Assembly (NCBI RefSeq): GCF_037042905.1
Contig: NC_087251.1
Coordinates: 26,104,001-26,168,000, forward strand
Source of the DNA: Lytechinus pictus
Lineage: Eukaryota
Reading direction: 5' to 3'
DNA: 64,000 nucleotides
Part shown: positions 51,665 through 64,000 of the stretch, in pieces
Layout of the letters: the number at the start of each line of letters is the position of its first letter
Position numbering within the stretch: position 1 is the stretch's first letter
Position numbers and translations under genes: made by a program
Notes under the pieces: generated by a model
Seen by the model: the letters and a program-made list of their open reading frames with translations, nothing else
The model's database searches: none
Told to the model about the DNA's origin: nothing

Positions 51665-51810
51665 TTTTGATTGATTGATTGCATTTATTCTTTTTCATTC
51701 CAAAATTTAACAAAAGTAACAATGTATAGCAAAACACAAAAAATATAATATACAGAAATGAAAAAAGGGAACCCACTGGAAAGCAAAGCTTGTTAGTATG
51801 GGTTCCCTGC
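51665..51810 (-). mobile_element. LINE (CR1/L2-like) 3' UTR fragment
   Basis: Minus strand has stem-loop gggaaccca...tgggttccc, a T-rich tract, AATAAA and a (CAAT)n tail. Confidence 0.55.
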
Positions 51811-52611
51811 AATAAATAGTTAATTAAAGTATATCTTTGATCACTGAAATTCAATTCGTAAATTAAAAAGGTTTGTACAATGAAAAAGAATACTAGTGGG
51901 GTTTCATGTTTTGAACTCAGGGAATGCAGAAAACAGTGTGTAAAATCAAAAGTCAGGACTTTTTCAGCTTTTTACATCTGACAGATTTTATACAACATAT
52001 GCAAATTTATTCTGTTTTTCGATACAACATTGTGATTCCATTTCATAAAATGACAAGGCTGGTTTCCATTGGCAAATTTGAATTTTACCAATTACACTTT
52101 GTGATACAGGGCCCCACTGTATGTCATTTTCAGGCAAGACTGGACATTGATCAACAAGAGACAAAAGTAAATGAAAACCCATTTTGTGACAAAGACAAAA
52201 CTGAATTCATGTTGTAGTTATGCCCAGTAAATTTTGATGAGCCCTATAATCATGCAAAATGCATCAGAAGAAAGAGAGAAAATTATCCAGACATTGTACC
52301 AATTTTACTACTTCAGTATCTTTTGCTAAATGCTAAACATTTAAGAAAAATGATCATTAAAATCCATATCACTTCTTGGAAATGCTTTGGTAAGTTTTGA
52401 ATCACTGCTATCATTGCAATTTGCAAATATCTAACTTCTATAAACTTTTTTTATTTTGGGGGGGGGTGTTCATATTTATTTGTGATACAAAAACTTTAAA
52501 GGAAAAGTGTAGCAATGAAAGAAAAATACCAATGCTGCCGATTGGAAGAATGAAAGCTGATCAAATAAGGCCTCAAATCATTGATTTTCCTAAATGGTCA
52601 TGATTTTACAG

Positions 52612-52832
52612 CAAAGAAATTTCAAGCAAAAGTTCATCGCCCTCCTACGGAAGTTCAAAGTCGCAAGCGATGAGAGCGACACGGAACCGTTCCCCTTTGA
52701 GGACCAGGATCAGACACCAATTGATGAGGACTTCCTCTACGATGATCTAAGTCTCATCAATTACAGTGACAGCGGACCGGATATGGATCCTGATGAGATG
52801 AGCATTGAATCAACGCCGAAACCCGTCCTGAG
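52612..52832 (+). CDS. PACS2: PACS-family protein, exon C
   Basis: tttacAG acceptor and AG|GTGAGT donor. Reads QRNFKQKFIALLRKFKVASDE...DFLYDDL...SDSGPDMD...SIESTPKPVL(R), carrying the hallmark PACS motifs NFKQK.xALLxxFKV, SDSGPDM and STPKPxL. Confidence 0.97.
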
Positions 52833-53268
52833 GTGAGTTCATGGTAGTGTCAAGTCACAGAAAGTTGTAGAGGTCATAATATACATGCACATGTACTTGA
52901 TAAATGGTTTTGAGCAAGGCCTGATTCACAAAGTGATGATTTTTTTTAAACTTTTAAGTTGCATTCAAAGCCGTAGTTGCAGTCATCAATGATTAGTCAT
53001 TACTAGGTTTAATAAGAGGTTGAATAAAATAGTTGTATGTGTACCTGTTATTCATGCAATGCTTCAGGTCACACTTAACCACCGTGAAGAGTATTATAGC
53101 CAGGATTTTCAATATAATTATGATAAAAACAGTGACTACTATTGTAACGCTTGTATCCATCTCATGACCCTCACAGCGTTTAGACACCATTACCCCATTC
53201 ATAGCCGAGTTTCAAACCACTAAAGTAATGGTCAGTGCTCTCAAGCACATTGGGTAGCCATTAACACC

Positions 53269-53437
53269 TAGTCTGCTGGGCAAACCCTTCACTCGAGTTA
53301 AGGGTCTGAATGTGCAGCCTACTCATGCCTTGTGTACTGAAGGCTCTCTCACTCAGGCAAGTTTTGTATGTGCTAGTCTTTGCGTGGAGGCACACTTATT
53401 GATCAAAGTTCCAATCAGGGTCTGTGCCTGCAGACTA
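53269..53437. mobile_element. Small TIR element with 9-bp TSD (AcademH-like termini) inside a decayed SINE
   Basis: ATTAACACC|TAGTCTGC..ggcaaaccct ... agggtctgtgcctGCAGACTA|ATTAACACC; host shows tgggtagccatt..cacct and tttgaaccc SINE remnants. Confidence 0.8.
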
Positions 53438-55137
53438 ATTAACACCTTGGTGGAGAGTAGACAAGTGTTTTGCAGAGAATGATAGTGCCATCATGATGAT
53501 TAGGTTTGAACCCCAGACCTAGTTGTTCAAGGTCTGCAGACTTATTCAAAATCTCTACATATCCTTCGAGTGCCATCATTATTTAAAATATGGAAGATAT
53601 TAGATATTGAAATAGATGGGGGAATACATTTGATGTATTTTCATTTTAATTTAACAATCTTTACTGCAGCATTCATTCTAATGGTTACAGAACAATAGGC
53701 ATTTCTAGCTAGAATTTGAAAAGAGAATAATAATGCTGGTGAAAACTAGAAGCAAAGAAATTAGTCATATTCTATAAAATTCTTTGAGGGACAAAGAAAT
53801 TTCAAAATGATGATTGTTTCTTTCTTCTAAGGGAACTTCATTTTCAAGGTCAATGTAATCCTCAGAACAATGCACTACAGCTTTATTTGGGTGTACTCTT
53901 CAATTTATCATATCATCATTAGGAGCTTTTATACCCACTCAATCATCATAAGAATACCCATAAATTATGAGAACTCATTCAGGCCACTAAGTGCCTGCCT
54001 CAAATTGCCTGATATTTTTTTTTAGTGTGATCACACCCAAAGTTCCTTTAGTTATAACCCTGCAACAAAACTCCTGCATGTCTATACAAAGGATATGCAT
54101 TCTTCTTGCCTCATATACAAAGTTCTCATCATTTTCTTTCACACTGCAAAAATCCCTGTGCCCTCAAAGAAATTCATTCAAAAGTTATGTGTCACGTACA
54201 TATAATTAGCATGCAAGTATTTTCTTTTGGGAATATTACAAGTACTTTCACACTGCAGAAATAATTAATATTTTATGATCTGGGTAAACAAATCCCAATC
54301 TATAAACGCTAGGTATTTTTTATGTAAATTATAGCATTTAGGCTTCAAAATGCCAGGTATTTTCTGTGATCTAGTGACTATGAAAGCCCCAAATAGTAGC
54401 ACAATCAATTGACCGTGAAGTGCAGTAGATCATTTTGACTAGATCAAGGACTTCCTTCCTCTCTGGACTACTGTGGGTCTTCTACCTGAGATCAAGAGCT
54501 GATCTTTCAAGTTTTGAAGTGACACACAACTTCCTTTAGTCAAAGGTCACTCTAAGGTTATTTCTGTTTAAGTGCAGAGATACATTATCACTATCATTAC
54601 CATTATCATTTTCATAATTTTTCTGTTTCATTAATCACAAATCAGTGTATGGTTTGATGCCACTTTAGAATGTAAATGTGTTGTGATGTTCTCTGTAATG
54701 TACAAATGCTGAGGGGTTCATTTCATCACATTTTCACAAAAATTTCCCAAGAGACAAGAAATCTGATGGAAAAAAGAGAAAAGGAAAAGATATTGCAACT
54801 GAAATTCAGAATGTTTGTAGTCTCACAAAATTTCAGAGTCTTTAACAGTCTCTTTCAATTTGTTAGATACTGTACTATGCTGGTTTCAAAATTCAATCAC
54901 ATAGATTATCACTCCAAAATAGCTTTTAAATATGTTTTATCTCAAAATTGTTCATATCCTCTGAAATGGTTCATGAAAAATTTGTCTGGCTTTATAATTG
55001 TTACATCTTTTGAGGTTTAAAAGAAAACGAAATGATAAGTGGTTCACAAAGTAAGTTTCAATGACCTGTGATGATATGAAAACCCTCCCTTGTAGAATGT
55101 CTTGATTGATAATATCTCATTTCTCCTGATTTTGCAG

Positions 55138-55252
55138 ACCATTCTTCTCGCAAGGCATCCCCACATCAAGCTCTATGGCTGAGGACATGGAACATGTTGG
55201 TCAGTCTGAGCCCTCACCGGACAATAGTCAGGACACGGTCAAACACACGCAG
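55138..55252 (+). CDS. PACS2: PACS-family protein, exon D
   Basis: tttgcAG acceptor; the first base completes the Arg codon AG|A from exon C. Reads PFFSQGIPTSSSMAEDMEHVGQSEPSPDNSQDTVKHTQ (PACS PKL(R/K)P(F/Y)F motif). CAG|GTAGGT donor. Confidence 0.92.
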
Positions 55253-55668
55253 GTAGGTATCTGAATGCTGTGCCCCATTGCATATGTTAACATTCCAACA
55301 TCCTTTATTTTTGTTTGCTGTGGGCATGGTTACCATTTTATTTTCCAATTGGCTGGAAAAGTTTCCATTGACTATTTTTATGCTACAGAGCCCTAGACTG
55401 AGCCTTCATTATGTATTTCATCAACAGTATCTGTATACATCTTTATCTGTATCATTTGGAAACAACTTTCTTTGTTTATTTGTATCATACATGTACGAGT
55501 ATGACTGTCTCGACATCAGTACGTAGCCTTGTATAGTTAGAAACATATATAATGCAGCTTCTCAATGTGAGTTTAATTTCAATGTATTGCAACAGTTTTT
55601 AAGATAGGAACAAAATTTTAAATTTCCATTTTCATCATCTGAACTTGTGATCATTCCATTATATGCAG

Positions 55669-56007
55669 GATTTCTACTCCAAGGATGCAAGTATGGAAGA
55701 GTTAACCATCCCCGATGGCGACGCCGACAACACCCACATCGTGGGCGATCACCGGAGACAGGGTAGCAACGGCAGCTCGCACAGCGCCACCGACGCCAAC
55801 AAGAACCCTGTCCCTGCAGCCAACGGAGACCGCACCACACCCATGGTTGGGTCCCAAGCTGGGGCGATAGGGGCTAGGGAGGTGGGGTACAAGCGGAGCA
55901 GCAGCGCAGGGAGAGAGATGAGAGTTGGAGGAGGTGGGAAGGACGGGGAGCACCGGAGGAATAAGTCGGCGGAGAGGTCCAACAGTCTTGGGACAGGAGA
56001 TAAGAGG
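55669..56007 (+). CDS. PACS2: PACS-family protein, exon E (disordered middle region)
   Basis: atgcAG acceptor and AGG|GTAAGT donor. 339 nt open in phase 0 with GC-rich, coding-like composition. Reads DFYSKDAS...KRSSSAGRE...ERSNSLGTGDKR; ERSNSL resembles PACS2 ERANSL. Confidence 0.9.
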
Positions 56008-56593
56008 GTAAGTGTAAGATACGACACAGTCTTGGAGTAATCTCCATAGAGAGTAGCATGATTTGTATGCTTCTTATTAGTGAGGTGGGGGTGATCAAAA
56101 TCACTCTTGGCTTAGGCCAATTTTCTCATCATGTTGGTGGTAAAGACCATAATCAAAAGACAATTTCAGAGATGAGAAATGCAATGTCACATGATGCATT
56201 GTAAATTTACATAGATCACTCTTGTGTAGTTATGTATTTCTAAGAATAACCATGAAGTGGAATTTAGACTTTTGATATTGAGGATAAACTGTTTCTAAAA
56301 TATTGAGGATAAAATGAGATATAAAATATGATGGTTAGGGAGAGAAACATCTGCAGTGCTCATAAGATTATAAGATCGTGGAAAACAAAACTGGAAAATC
56401 ATTGAATTTTCTTAACAATTCAGAGTACAAAAGATTGAATTTTTATGACATTTTATACAGTAATTATATGTTTCAATAACTTCAATAACTGATACATCTG
56501 CTTGATATATGCCAGTGTATGTTTTTACTTAACAAATGCTAGACTTTTTCCCTGCCTATTTATTCTGTAATCCTTGTCTGCTTGAACTTACAG

Positions 56594-56698
56594 AAACCTA
56601 AATTGCCAATCACGGAACAGCTCTCAGAGTTATGGCTCACAGATGAAACAACTCCAGAGAAGATCTTATTAGTTAACATCTCAGAAAAACATGGACAG
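56594..56698 (+). CDS. PACS2: PACS-family protein, exon F (start of C-terminal region)
   Basis: ttacAG acceptor and CAG|GTAAGT donor. Reads KPKLPITEQLSELWLTDETTPEKILLVNISEKHGQ, aligning with PACS IPRKxVYDQLNxILxSDxxLPENxILVNTxDWQGQ. Confidence 0.93.
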
Positions 56699-57819
56699 GT
56701 AAGTTCTCATCATTTATTCCAAAGCTCTATCGTCAAAATCATTCTATTTTCATAATTTCTTATTCATGTGCACTCTAAATTTTCTTTAAAATGTCTGATT
56801 ACCCTGTCTGGGCGGTCCATGTATGTTTGGCTTGAAGGGGAGTTTGATTACTTTTTGTGTGTGTGTGTAATTAACATTGTACCCTATCTGAATTGAAAAT
56901 GGGCCCAAAATTGAAAGACAAAATGGTGACCCCAAACTGGATGTTGGACAGTCTGGCAAACAATTTTTTTTTCAGAGCTTACAAAAAGTTTTCAAAAAAT
57001 CCAAAGGTTTCCTGCTTGTTGGTGTATTCAATACAATATTGAAAGTTAGTTTGACTTATAGACTATGTCATTAGTTTGATAACAAAGTCTATTTCTGAAA
57101 GACTATCATTAGTTCCTAAAAATATCTTGGGGTATTTTTTCACAGTTGGTGATTAAAATAAAGCAACATCATAATTGTGAAATTGAGTGAAAAGGATACG
57201 ATAAAACCGCATTTCAGGATATATTGGTTCCATCACAAAAATATTTGTACATGAGAGTACGGGGTCATCAGTTCATCTAATGTTACCGAATATTATTCAG
57301 AAAGAACTGAGTCGTTCTTATTACACAAAACTAGAAAAAATAAATAAGAAAAAAATAATAATGAATAAGACATTGTTGTTACTCTTTGTCTATAAACTTG
57401 TAACTCTCCCTGTATGTCTATACAGTATTTAATTTCCTTGTGTAATTGAATCTAAATACAATGAGGTCACTTTATTGTAGTAGACCATAACAGAAAATGT
57501 GGATAATGGGCTGACTATTTATATTTGTTTTCCAATAAAGATGACTCGCCCTCAATAGAAGGCTGTCACTGTTTGGATACTAGTTCGAAATTATGGTCTG
57601 TTCATATTTGCTAATATGCAATCAAAACTCCAATTTGCGTTGATTGACAACAACCCTCTCAGAAAGCTGGCTTGTATGGAACAGATAGCTGTCCATGGCA
57701 CAGAGTCATGGATACTGTTCAAGTCTAAAGATAGTAGGATCATTTTCATTATGTAGCACTTATCAGGAACCTTCACCATTACAGTGACATAGTACAAGAG
57801 CCATGATGCCTAGTATTAA

Positions 57820-58237
57820 AGGGGAAGTTCACCATGACAAAAAAATTGGTTTTGATAAAAGCAGAAAAACACGAGAAACATATTAGTGAAGGATTGACGA
57901 AAATCCGTCACATGTTAGCAGACTTGCAGAGTTGTAAATCTTGAGGTTTTTATTTTTGTGATGTCACATGTGACATACCTCCGTATGTCATGTACTATAA
58001 ATTCCATAAAATTGTTTTTTCCCTTTGTATTCTGTTTATGATCAGACACAGATCTGCTTTTCTAAAAAAAATGCTGCCTTTCAGTCATAATGAACAATTT
58101 TTTGAAAAAGAGAATTTTTTTAATTTATATTTCATGTCATACATGGCAGCTGTTTGCATATAACTGTACCAATATTTAGCTTGATTTGTTTTAAAGCTTT
58201 TATTGACTCCAACTTATCCTCAGAGTTAACATCCCCT
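57820..58237. mobile_element. Kolobok-like MITE (TTAA TSD)
   Basis: TTAA|AGGGGAAGTTCAC ... GTTAACATCCCCT|TTAA. Confidence 0.7.
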
Positions 58238-58465
58238 TTAAACCTATTATTTCTGCAGAACATCCATCCATAACAAGCCTGATTAGTGTTGATTTAGTTT
58301 TGCCCCTTTTCTGCATTGAATGGGCTGTGATGAGCATTGTCCTGTGTTTTTGACAGACAATCCCACTCGTCCTTCCTGGAATGAAAGCTAAATTCTTTTT
58401 GACCTACAGCCAATTCTACTAAACACATGTCCGAAAGCCTTCTAGTCTTGTACAACAGATACTTG

Positions 58466-60850
58466 TATAGGTTTTCCAGGTCAAATGTCCGCAGATTGGA
58501 ACCAATCGTCCATATAGGTATTTCAAATGTCCGTGTACATGAACAAATGTCCGCATAAGAATATGGATGTCCGACTAGGGATTTCAAATGTCCATGTAGG
58601 TTCAAAGTGTCCATATAGCTAAATCAAATATCCGATTAGGGAGTTCGAATGTCCACGTAGATTCAAAGTGTCCATATAGCTAAATCAAATATCCGATTAG
58701 GGAAACCAAAAGTCACATAGGGAACTAAATGTCCAATTAGAGAGTGTAATATCCCACTTGGGAAAACAAATGTTGTATAGGGATCTCAATTGTCCATGGT
58801 TTGAAATAATGATTACTCGAACATGATAACTTCATTTTTTCATCTTTCGGCTTTTTCATTTTCTGTCACTCAGCTTTCCCTTTCCCTTCCGGCTCGATCT
58901 ATCAATATGTCAGGCAAGGGATTCCCCCCCCCCCCCCCCCCGCTTCATTTCACAAATTTGCTGACCTCCTTGATTTTCATCCTTATTTTTATTTATTGAT
59001 TTATTCAATTTTTTTTCTATTTTTTTTTTTTTTTTTTTTTTTTGGGGGGGGGGGGGAGATATTGGCCCTGTATGTTGTATTCGTCTTATTTATTTATGAT
59101 TGTAAACATTAATATATTTCTTCCCTTTTCATTCTACCCCGCCCCTGTTTTGGAGCCGTTTATGTCTTGGTGGAGATGGAGCGCCTTTTTGTATCACTAG
59201 GCTCCTTTCTCTTCCTTCCATTCATTCCACCTTTTCAACTTTTCCTTCTCTACTCATTTGTTATAAAAGTAGGCAAACAAACAAATGTCATATAGTGATT
59301 TCAATAGTCTCTATGGGTGTGAAAAGTAATATGTTTCTTAAATATTCTGTTGTTTATTTACCAAACTATTATTATTCCTTCCACTACATATCGAACGCCA
59401 CACAACATGATCTACGGACAAACTACGGATATTATTTACAATATTTTTTTACTCAAACCCAGAATATATAAATCTTAACATGGCATTTAATTTCATAATA
59501 TATATGAAAAACTCATTATTTGTAAAAATGCTTGTTCCTCACAGTTATGAAACCTATTTAAGTCATAAAAATAATTATTGTTTAATTCTTCTAAGTATCA
59601 GTTTATATATATATAGATAAATTTCCTCAGTCTCTCACCCATCCCAAACATGTAATTTATCTTCTTGCAGGCACAAATGAAAATTATTTCTATTTATATG
59701 TCTGTATTTTTATCATGAATACATCAACAACCTTATTTTTTGTGCCATATGCTAAACCATCTCTTCATGAAAATGCATGTTAATTCATAACAGTTTAATT
59801 TCATACACTCATTTGCATTACTGAGGCATAACGTGCTGTCAGAAATCCAGTTCATTATATTTTGGTAATTCAGATAAACGTCCTAGACGTTATAATTTTC
59901 AATGCTGGGATTGATTTCAATTACTTTAAGTCGATTTAATTAGACGGAGTGGGTAGGGTGTATATAGCTCGATAAGAAGTAATAATTTTGATAGGCTCAC
60001 TCAGGCAGGGTATAGTATTTCAAATTCTTGTACTTCAAAAACCATCATTATGCAACTAACCTTGATTCATAAAAATTACCTCTTATTCCTTAATTAATTC
60101 AAACATTAGTTCTGTCATCTTTATTGACAATTATTCATTTTTTTCCGTATCTTTTTCATCATTGGTTGATTACCTTGTTTTAGACCCTATATGAAAGACT
60201 AGCAGAGTGATGCCTACATTGTCAATGTTCGATGAGAATATTTAGACATAACAATCAATTTCAACGCATGTTACTTTAAATAAATATGTTATTTATGTTA
60301 CACTCTCGGTATGAAGCATGTTTATTTCTGTTAAGCTTTCAATAAATGTTCAAGTATTTTTCCCCTTTTTATTTCAATAAACCAAAGTGTAATTGGTTCT
60401 CCCCTATTGTTTGAATAATCTTTACTACTGAACATAATTTCGATACTTAATGTGTACATTCGTCATACATTATAAGAACATTTCAATCTCTTTTTCAGCA
60501 TCATTAGCAAATGGACATTTGAATTACCTAAACGACATTTGATTTACCTATGTACGATTTGATGCCTTAATTCATACATGATTATGTAACAATTGCTATT
60601 GAACGGATATTTGATTTCCCTATGGACATCTTATTTACCTATTAGGACATTTGATTTGCAAGATGGACATTTGATTTACCTATTGAAAATAAATTATATT
60701 GTGCGGACATTTGACTTCTCTAAGGACATTTTATTCATCTATTGGGATACAATTCTGCCTAATGGGACATTTGAATTCCCTATTGACATTTGAATTACCT
60801 AATCGGACACTTGCTCTGACACGGCGGACATTCGACCTGGAAAACCTATA
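58466..60850. mobile_element. 2.4-kb non-autonomous TIR element with ~20-bp subterminal repeat arrays
   Basis: TATAGGTTTTCCAGGTCAAATGTCCGC ... GCGGACATTCGACCTGGAAAACCTATA; aaatgtcc repeats at the left end mirrored by ggacattt repeats at the right end; no internal ORF. Confidence 0.88.
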
Positions 60851-62582
60851 TTACCAAGTCTAGTCTTGCCCACCATACCCTCATGTTGAATAGTATTAGT
60901 TGGAGAGTGACTGCTATGTCTGTAGTTTAGAAGTGGATGTTCAATGAAAGCTGAATTTTCTTTGGTACATTTTCAAACACTATGCAAGCCATGGTTTTCA
61001 AGTAAAATACTTTTACTTAGGCAGTTATTATCAGCCTAGACTTTTCATTTCTTCCTTTGTTGTGATCAGTGCTTTTTAATTTGGGGAGAAAGAGCTTAAT
61101 ACAAATTGTGTGGTTTTTATTTTCGGAAACTCAATTTAAAACTTTTAGTATGTTCAATCAATTAGGCTAGGCTAGATTAGTATTGCACAAATTGTGTAAC
61201 ACGATACATGTTTACAATATGATAGAGTTATTATTTTTTTCAATCAAAGCTGATTCTTCCCCAATTTCAAGCCCACCCACCTTTCTTCATACTCATAGTT
61301 TGACCCAGGAAGTATTGGTCAACTTAGAGTGTTGGCAATACCTGAACAATTTGATTGAGAATTATGTTGAGTTCATTCAAATCCTTGGTTCAGCGGAATC
61401 AATTTCAAAATGCCCCTTTTCAGTGTTCCGTGACTGCTTTTTGAATTTTTTTAACTACCATTAAACAAATGAATGAACGCATCGATCTTAAAAAGCATGT
61501 TTCAAGGATGAAAGTATGTCAGTTGCATGCAGCCTTTGATATGCTGGTATGATCAAACAACAGTTCACATTTTAAGTATATTTCAAGAGTGCTGGTTCAT
61601 TAGATTGAGTCAATCATGTAAAGCTTTGTATTATTCAGTATGAATGGATAGAACAATGCACTCGATTGTACCTAGACCTTCAGAGATGTCTAAAACAAAT
61701 TACTTTATGATATTTTCTGTTTGCTTCTTACAATGGTTCGATTTCAGAAATATATGCTGTCCCTGTGAGGAGTATTGCCAGTTGCAGACACAACAGTTTC
61801 ACAAATTTCAATTATTAAAGAAATGTTTGTTACAGAAGTTATTTGAATTAGTAATAATAATAATAATAATAATACAATATACTTGGAGATCGTTTAATTA
61901 AGAAAGAAGGATGTAACAAATTCATCTGGATTTTAAAGCAAAATGGTTGCTTTACTCTGAATGTTGTAGTTGTGTGGAAACATTGAATTGAATAAGAAAA
62001 ATAATTAATGATCATGATCATCATCACCATCATCATCTCCACCATTATTTTTTACCAGCATCTTTTTAGGTCAGCGTAAATTTATTATGTTGCTTATATA
62101 ACGTACCTTGAGTTGGTGTATGAACACATTCATCTATACACCTGCAATGTTGCCTCATTACCTCATAAACAAATAACAGGTGTGTTAACATTCTAGTGAA
62201 TCTATAATGCCATTTAATAGCAGGCCATCAAACAGCTGTATAGTCTTTTAAATAAGTGAATTGCATAATGGAGATGACAAGGCCAATCTCTGTGACATTT
62301 ATCATAATCATATACATTGCTTAATTTGTCATATGGTATGATTCCAAGGTCATAATTTTTCCCAGTTAAAACCCTAATTTGTATTGGCAAGTGTGACAAA
62401 TAACAATTCATTGTTTTTATATGACATTTTATGAATTAGATTGCGTTTGTTAAATTTGATCTCGAGGATGGATGCATCCCTAGTAATAGGTCATTTCAAT
62501 CGGCAATAATTTTGATCTTCATTTATTCTATTTTTATTACGTATTCAGCATTTATCATAGGCCTACAGTTATATGATTTTAG

Positions 62583-63001
62583 TTACATGTTCATAATTTT
62601 CATTAAATTGTATTGTTGGAATGATGTTGATCAATGTTGGCCAATACAAATTAAGAAAAGAAATCTGTTATGAAATTGCAAAGAAAAGGATAAAAATTAA
62701 AGGGTTTTCATTACCTTTTATTTGTTAGCACTTATACCACTTTCAAGTAAAGATGCTATCAGACAGTCTCAATGGTTTGAAGCACTAGCTATTACATGTT
62801 CATAGTTTTCATTCAATCGTTATTTTGGATTGATGTTGATAAATGCTGGCCTATACAGATTCAGAATATAATTCTGTTATGAAATTACAAAGAAAAGGAT
62901 GGAAATTAGCAGGTTTATCATTTTATCTGTTAGTACTCGTATGTCATTTTCAAGTGAAGAAGCTATTAGACAGTCTCAAATGGTTTAAATCACCAGCTAT
63001 T
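62583..63001. repeat. Diverged tandem duplication, ~209-bp unit x2
   Basis: ttacatgttcata.ttttcatt...tctgttatgaaatt.caaagaaaaggat...agacagtctcaa.tggttt...agctatt repeated. Confidence 0.85.
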
Positions 63002-63289
63002 GTCTCATTGTGTTTTTTTTTTCTTAAACTTTAATATAATGGAGACAGAAATCTTCCAGCCAATATTTTTTTAGTAAAAAAAAATGCTGCTCCATCTAAT
63101 ATTTCAAGCTTGGGCACGATCTTCGTAGAGCAGTTCACCTTATGCATTCTGTCTGTCTCACTGTTGCATGGGAAGACCCGAAGCTGCTGTATCTATTACA
63201 AGATAAGAGAAAGAAGAGAAAACATCATCTTTTCATATGATTTATTCAAAGACAATCATCATGATCAGCCATTATTTCTTCCAAACAGC

Positions 63290-63900
63290 CCCTCTTCCTC
63301 ATTTCTTTTCTTATTTCCCCTCTCCTCGCTCTCCCTTTTCACCCTCTTTCTCTCCCTCTCTCTCCTGTTCATTTTTCTTTTCCTCTCCCTTTCTCTTTCT
63401 GCCTCTGTTTTCCTTTCTTTCTCTCATTCACCAGTTGCATTTATTCCCCTTTTTCTTGGCCCATTGATTCGCAATCTTGTTATTCTTGTTTTTTGTTTCT
63501 TGTCGTATTATTTCTTATTTTCAGCTATTGAATTTTTATATGATTATTTCTGTTTGCTGCCTCATTTGTACGTAATTATTCAGCCTAATTACACTTTCAT
63601 TTCTTCTCTTTCTTGATTTCATCTCTCTTCTGTCTAAAATTACTTATGGTATGCCAAAGTTATACTCTCATTCATTCTTCTTCCATCACCCATCCTCTAT
63701 TTTTCTATCTTTTTCTCTGTCCCTCTTCTCTCCTTTCTTTCTACATCTTCTCTCATTCTCTCACTATCTCCCCCCTTTCCCCTTTTCTCCTCCCTTTTTC
63801 ATTTCTTTCTCTTTTCCTGTATTCTTCATATCTATCACTTGTCTTTGCTCTGATTCCGTATTCAAAGTTGTCTCCCTCCCACTCTCTGTTATTCTCTCAC
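63290..63900. repeat. Pyrimidine-rich low-complexity region
   Basis: CT-rich; source of the F/L/S-rich pseudo-ORFs. Confidence 0.7.
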
Positions 63901-64000
63901 TAATGCACCTTCCTACGTGCAGCCACAGTTGAAATACTGATTATTCCCTTGTCGTCCTTGTACTAATAAGGCAAAATCAATATGTATGCATTAATCTCGG

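Noticed and set aside
55562..56104. Four minus-strand ORFs
   Set aside because: Antisense shadows of GC-rich PACS exon E.
63110..63932. Hydrophobic, membrane-protein-like ORFs (also 17031-17472)
   Set aside because: Products of CT-rich low-complexity DNA.

Overview
AT-rich eukaryotic (animal) genomic DNA. The repeat repertoire resembles an echinoid/sea-urchin-type genome, but that is inferred from repeat style only. The window lies inside one large + strand gene encoding a PACS-family protein (phosphofurin acidic cluster sorting protein, PACS1/PACS2-like). Six internal coding exons were found, all with canonical AG/GT sites and mutually consistent phases: 25466-25566, 49329-49400, 52612-52832, 55138-55252, 55669-56007 and 56594-56698. 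They cover the acidic autoregulatory cluster, the middle region and the start of the C-terminal region. The 5' and 3' exons were not found and probably lie outside the window. The introns (probably >25 kb before the first exon seen, 23.8 kb after it) are crowded with non-autonomous elements: PIF/Harbinger-, Kolobok-, EnSpm-, hAT- and Academ-like MITEs, two Helentron/HINE-type elements and tRNA-derived SINEs, many of them nested. Almost all ORF-track entries are spurious. I found no convincing new protein-coding system. The most interesting structures are (1) a 3.3 kb HINE carrying a 154-bp tandem array of RFX X-box motifs, (2) a MITE inserted head-to-head into a copy of itself inside that HINE, (3) an inverted SINE pair bracketing a frame-preserving 72-nt exon, (4) a foldback element with a 6-bp TSD just upstream of an exon, and (5) a candidate poison exon.
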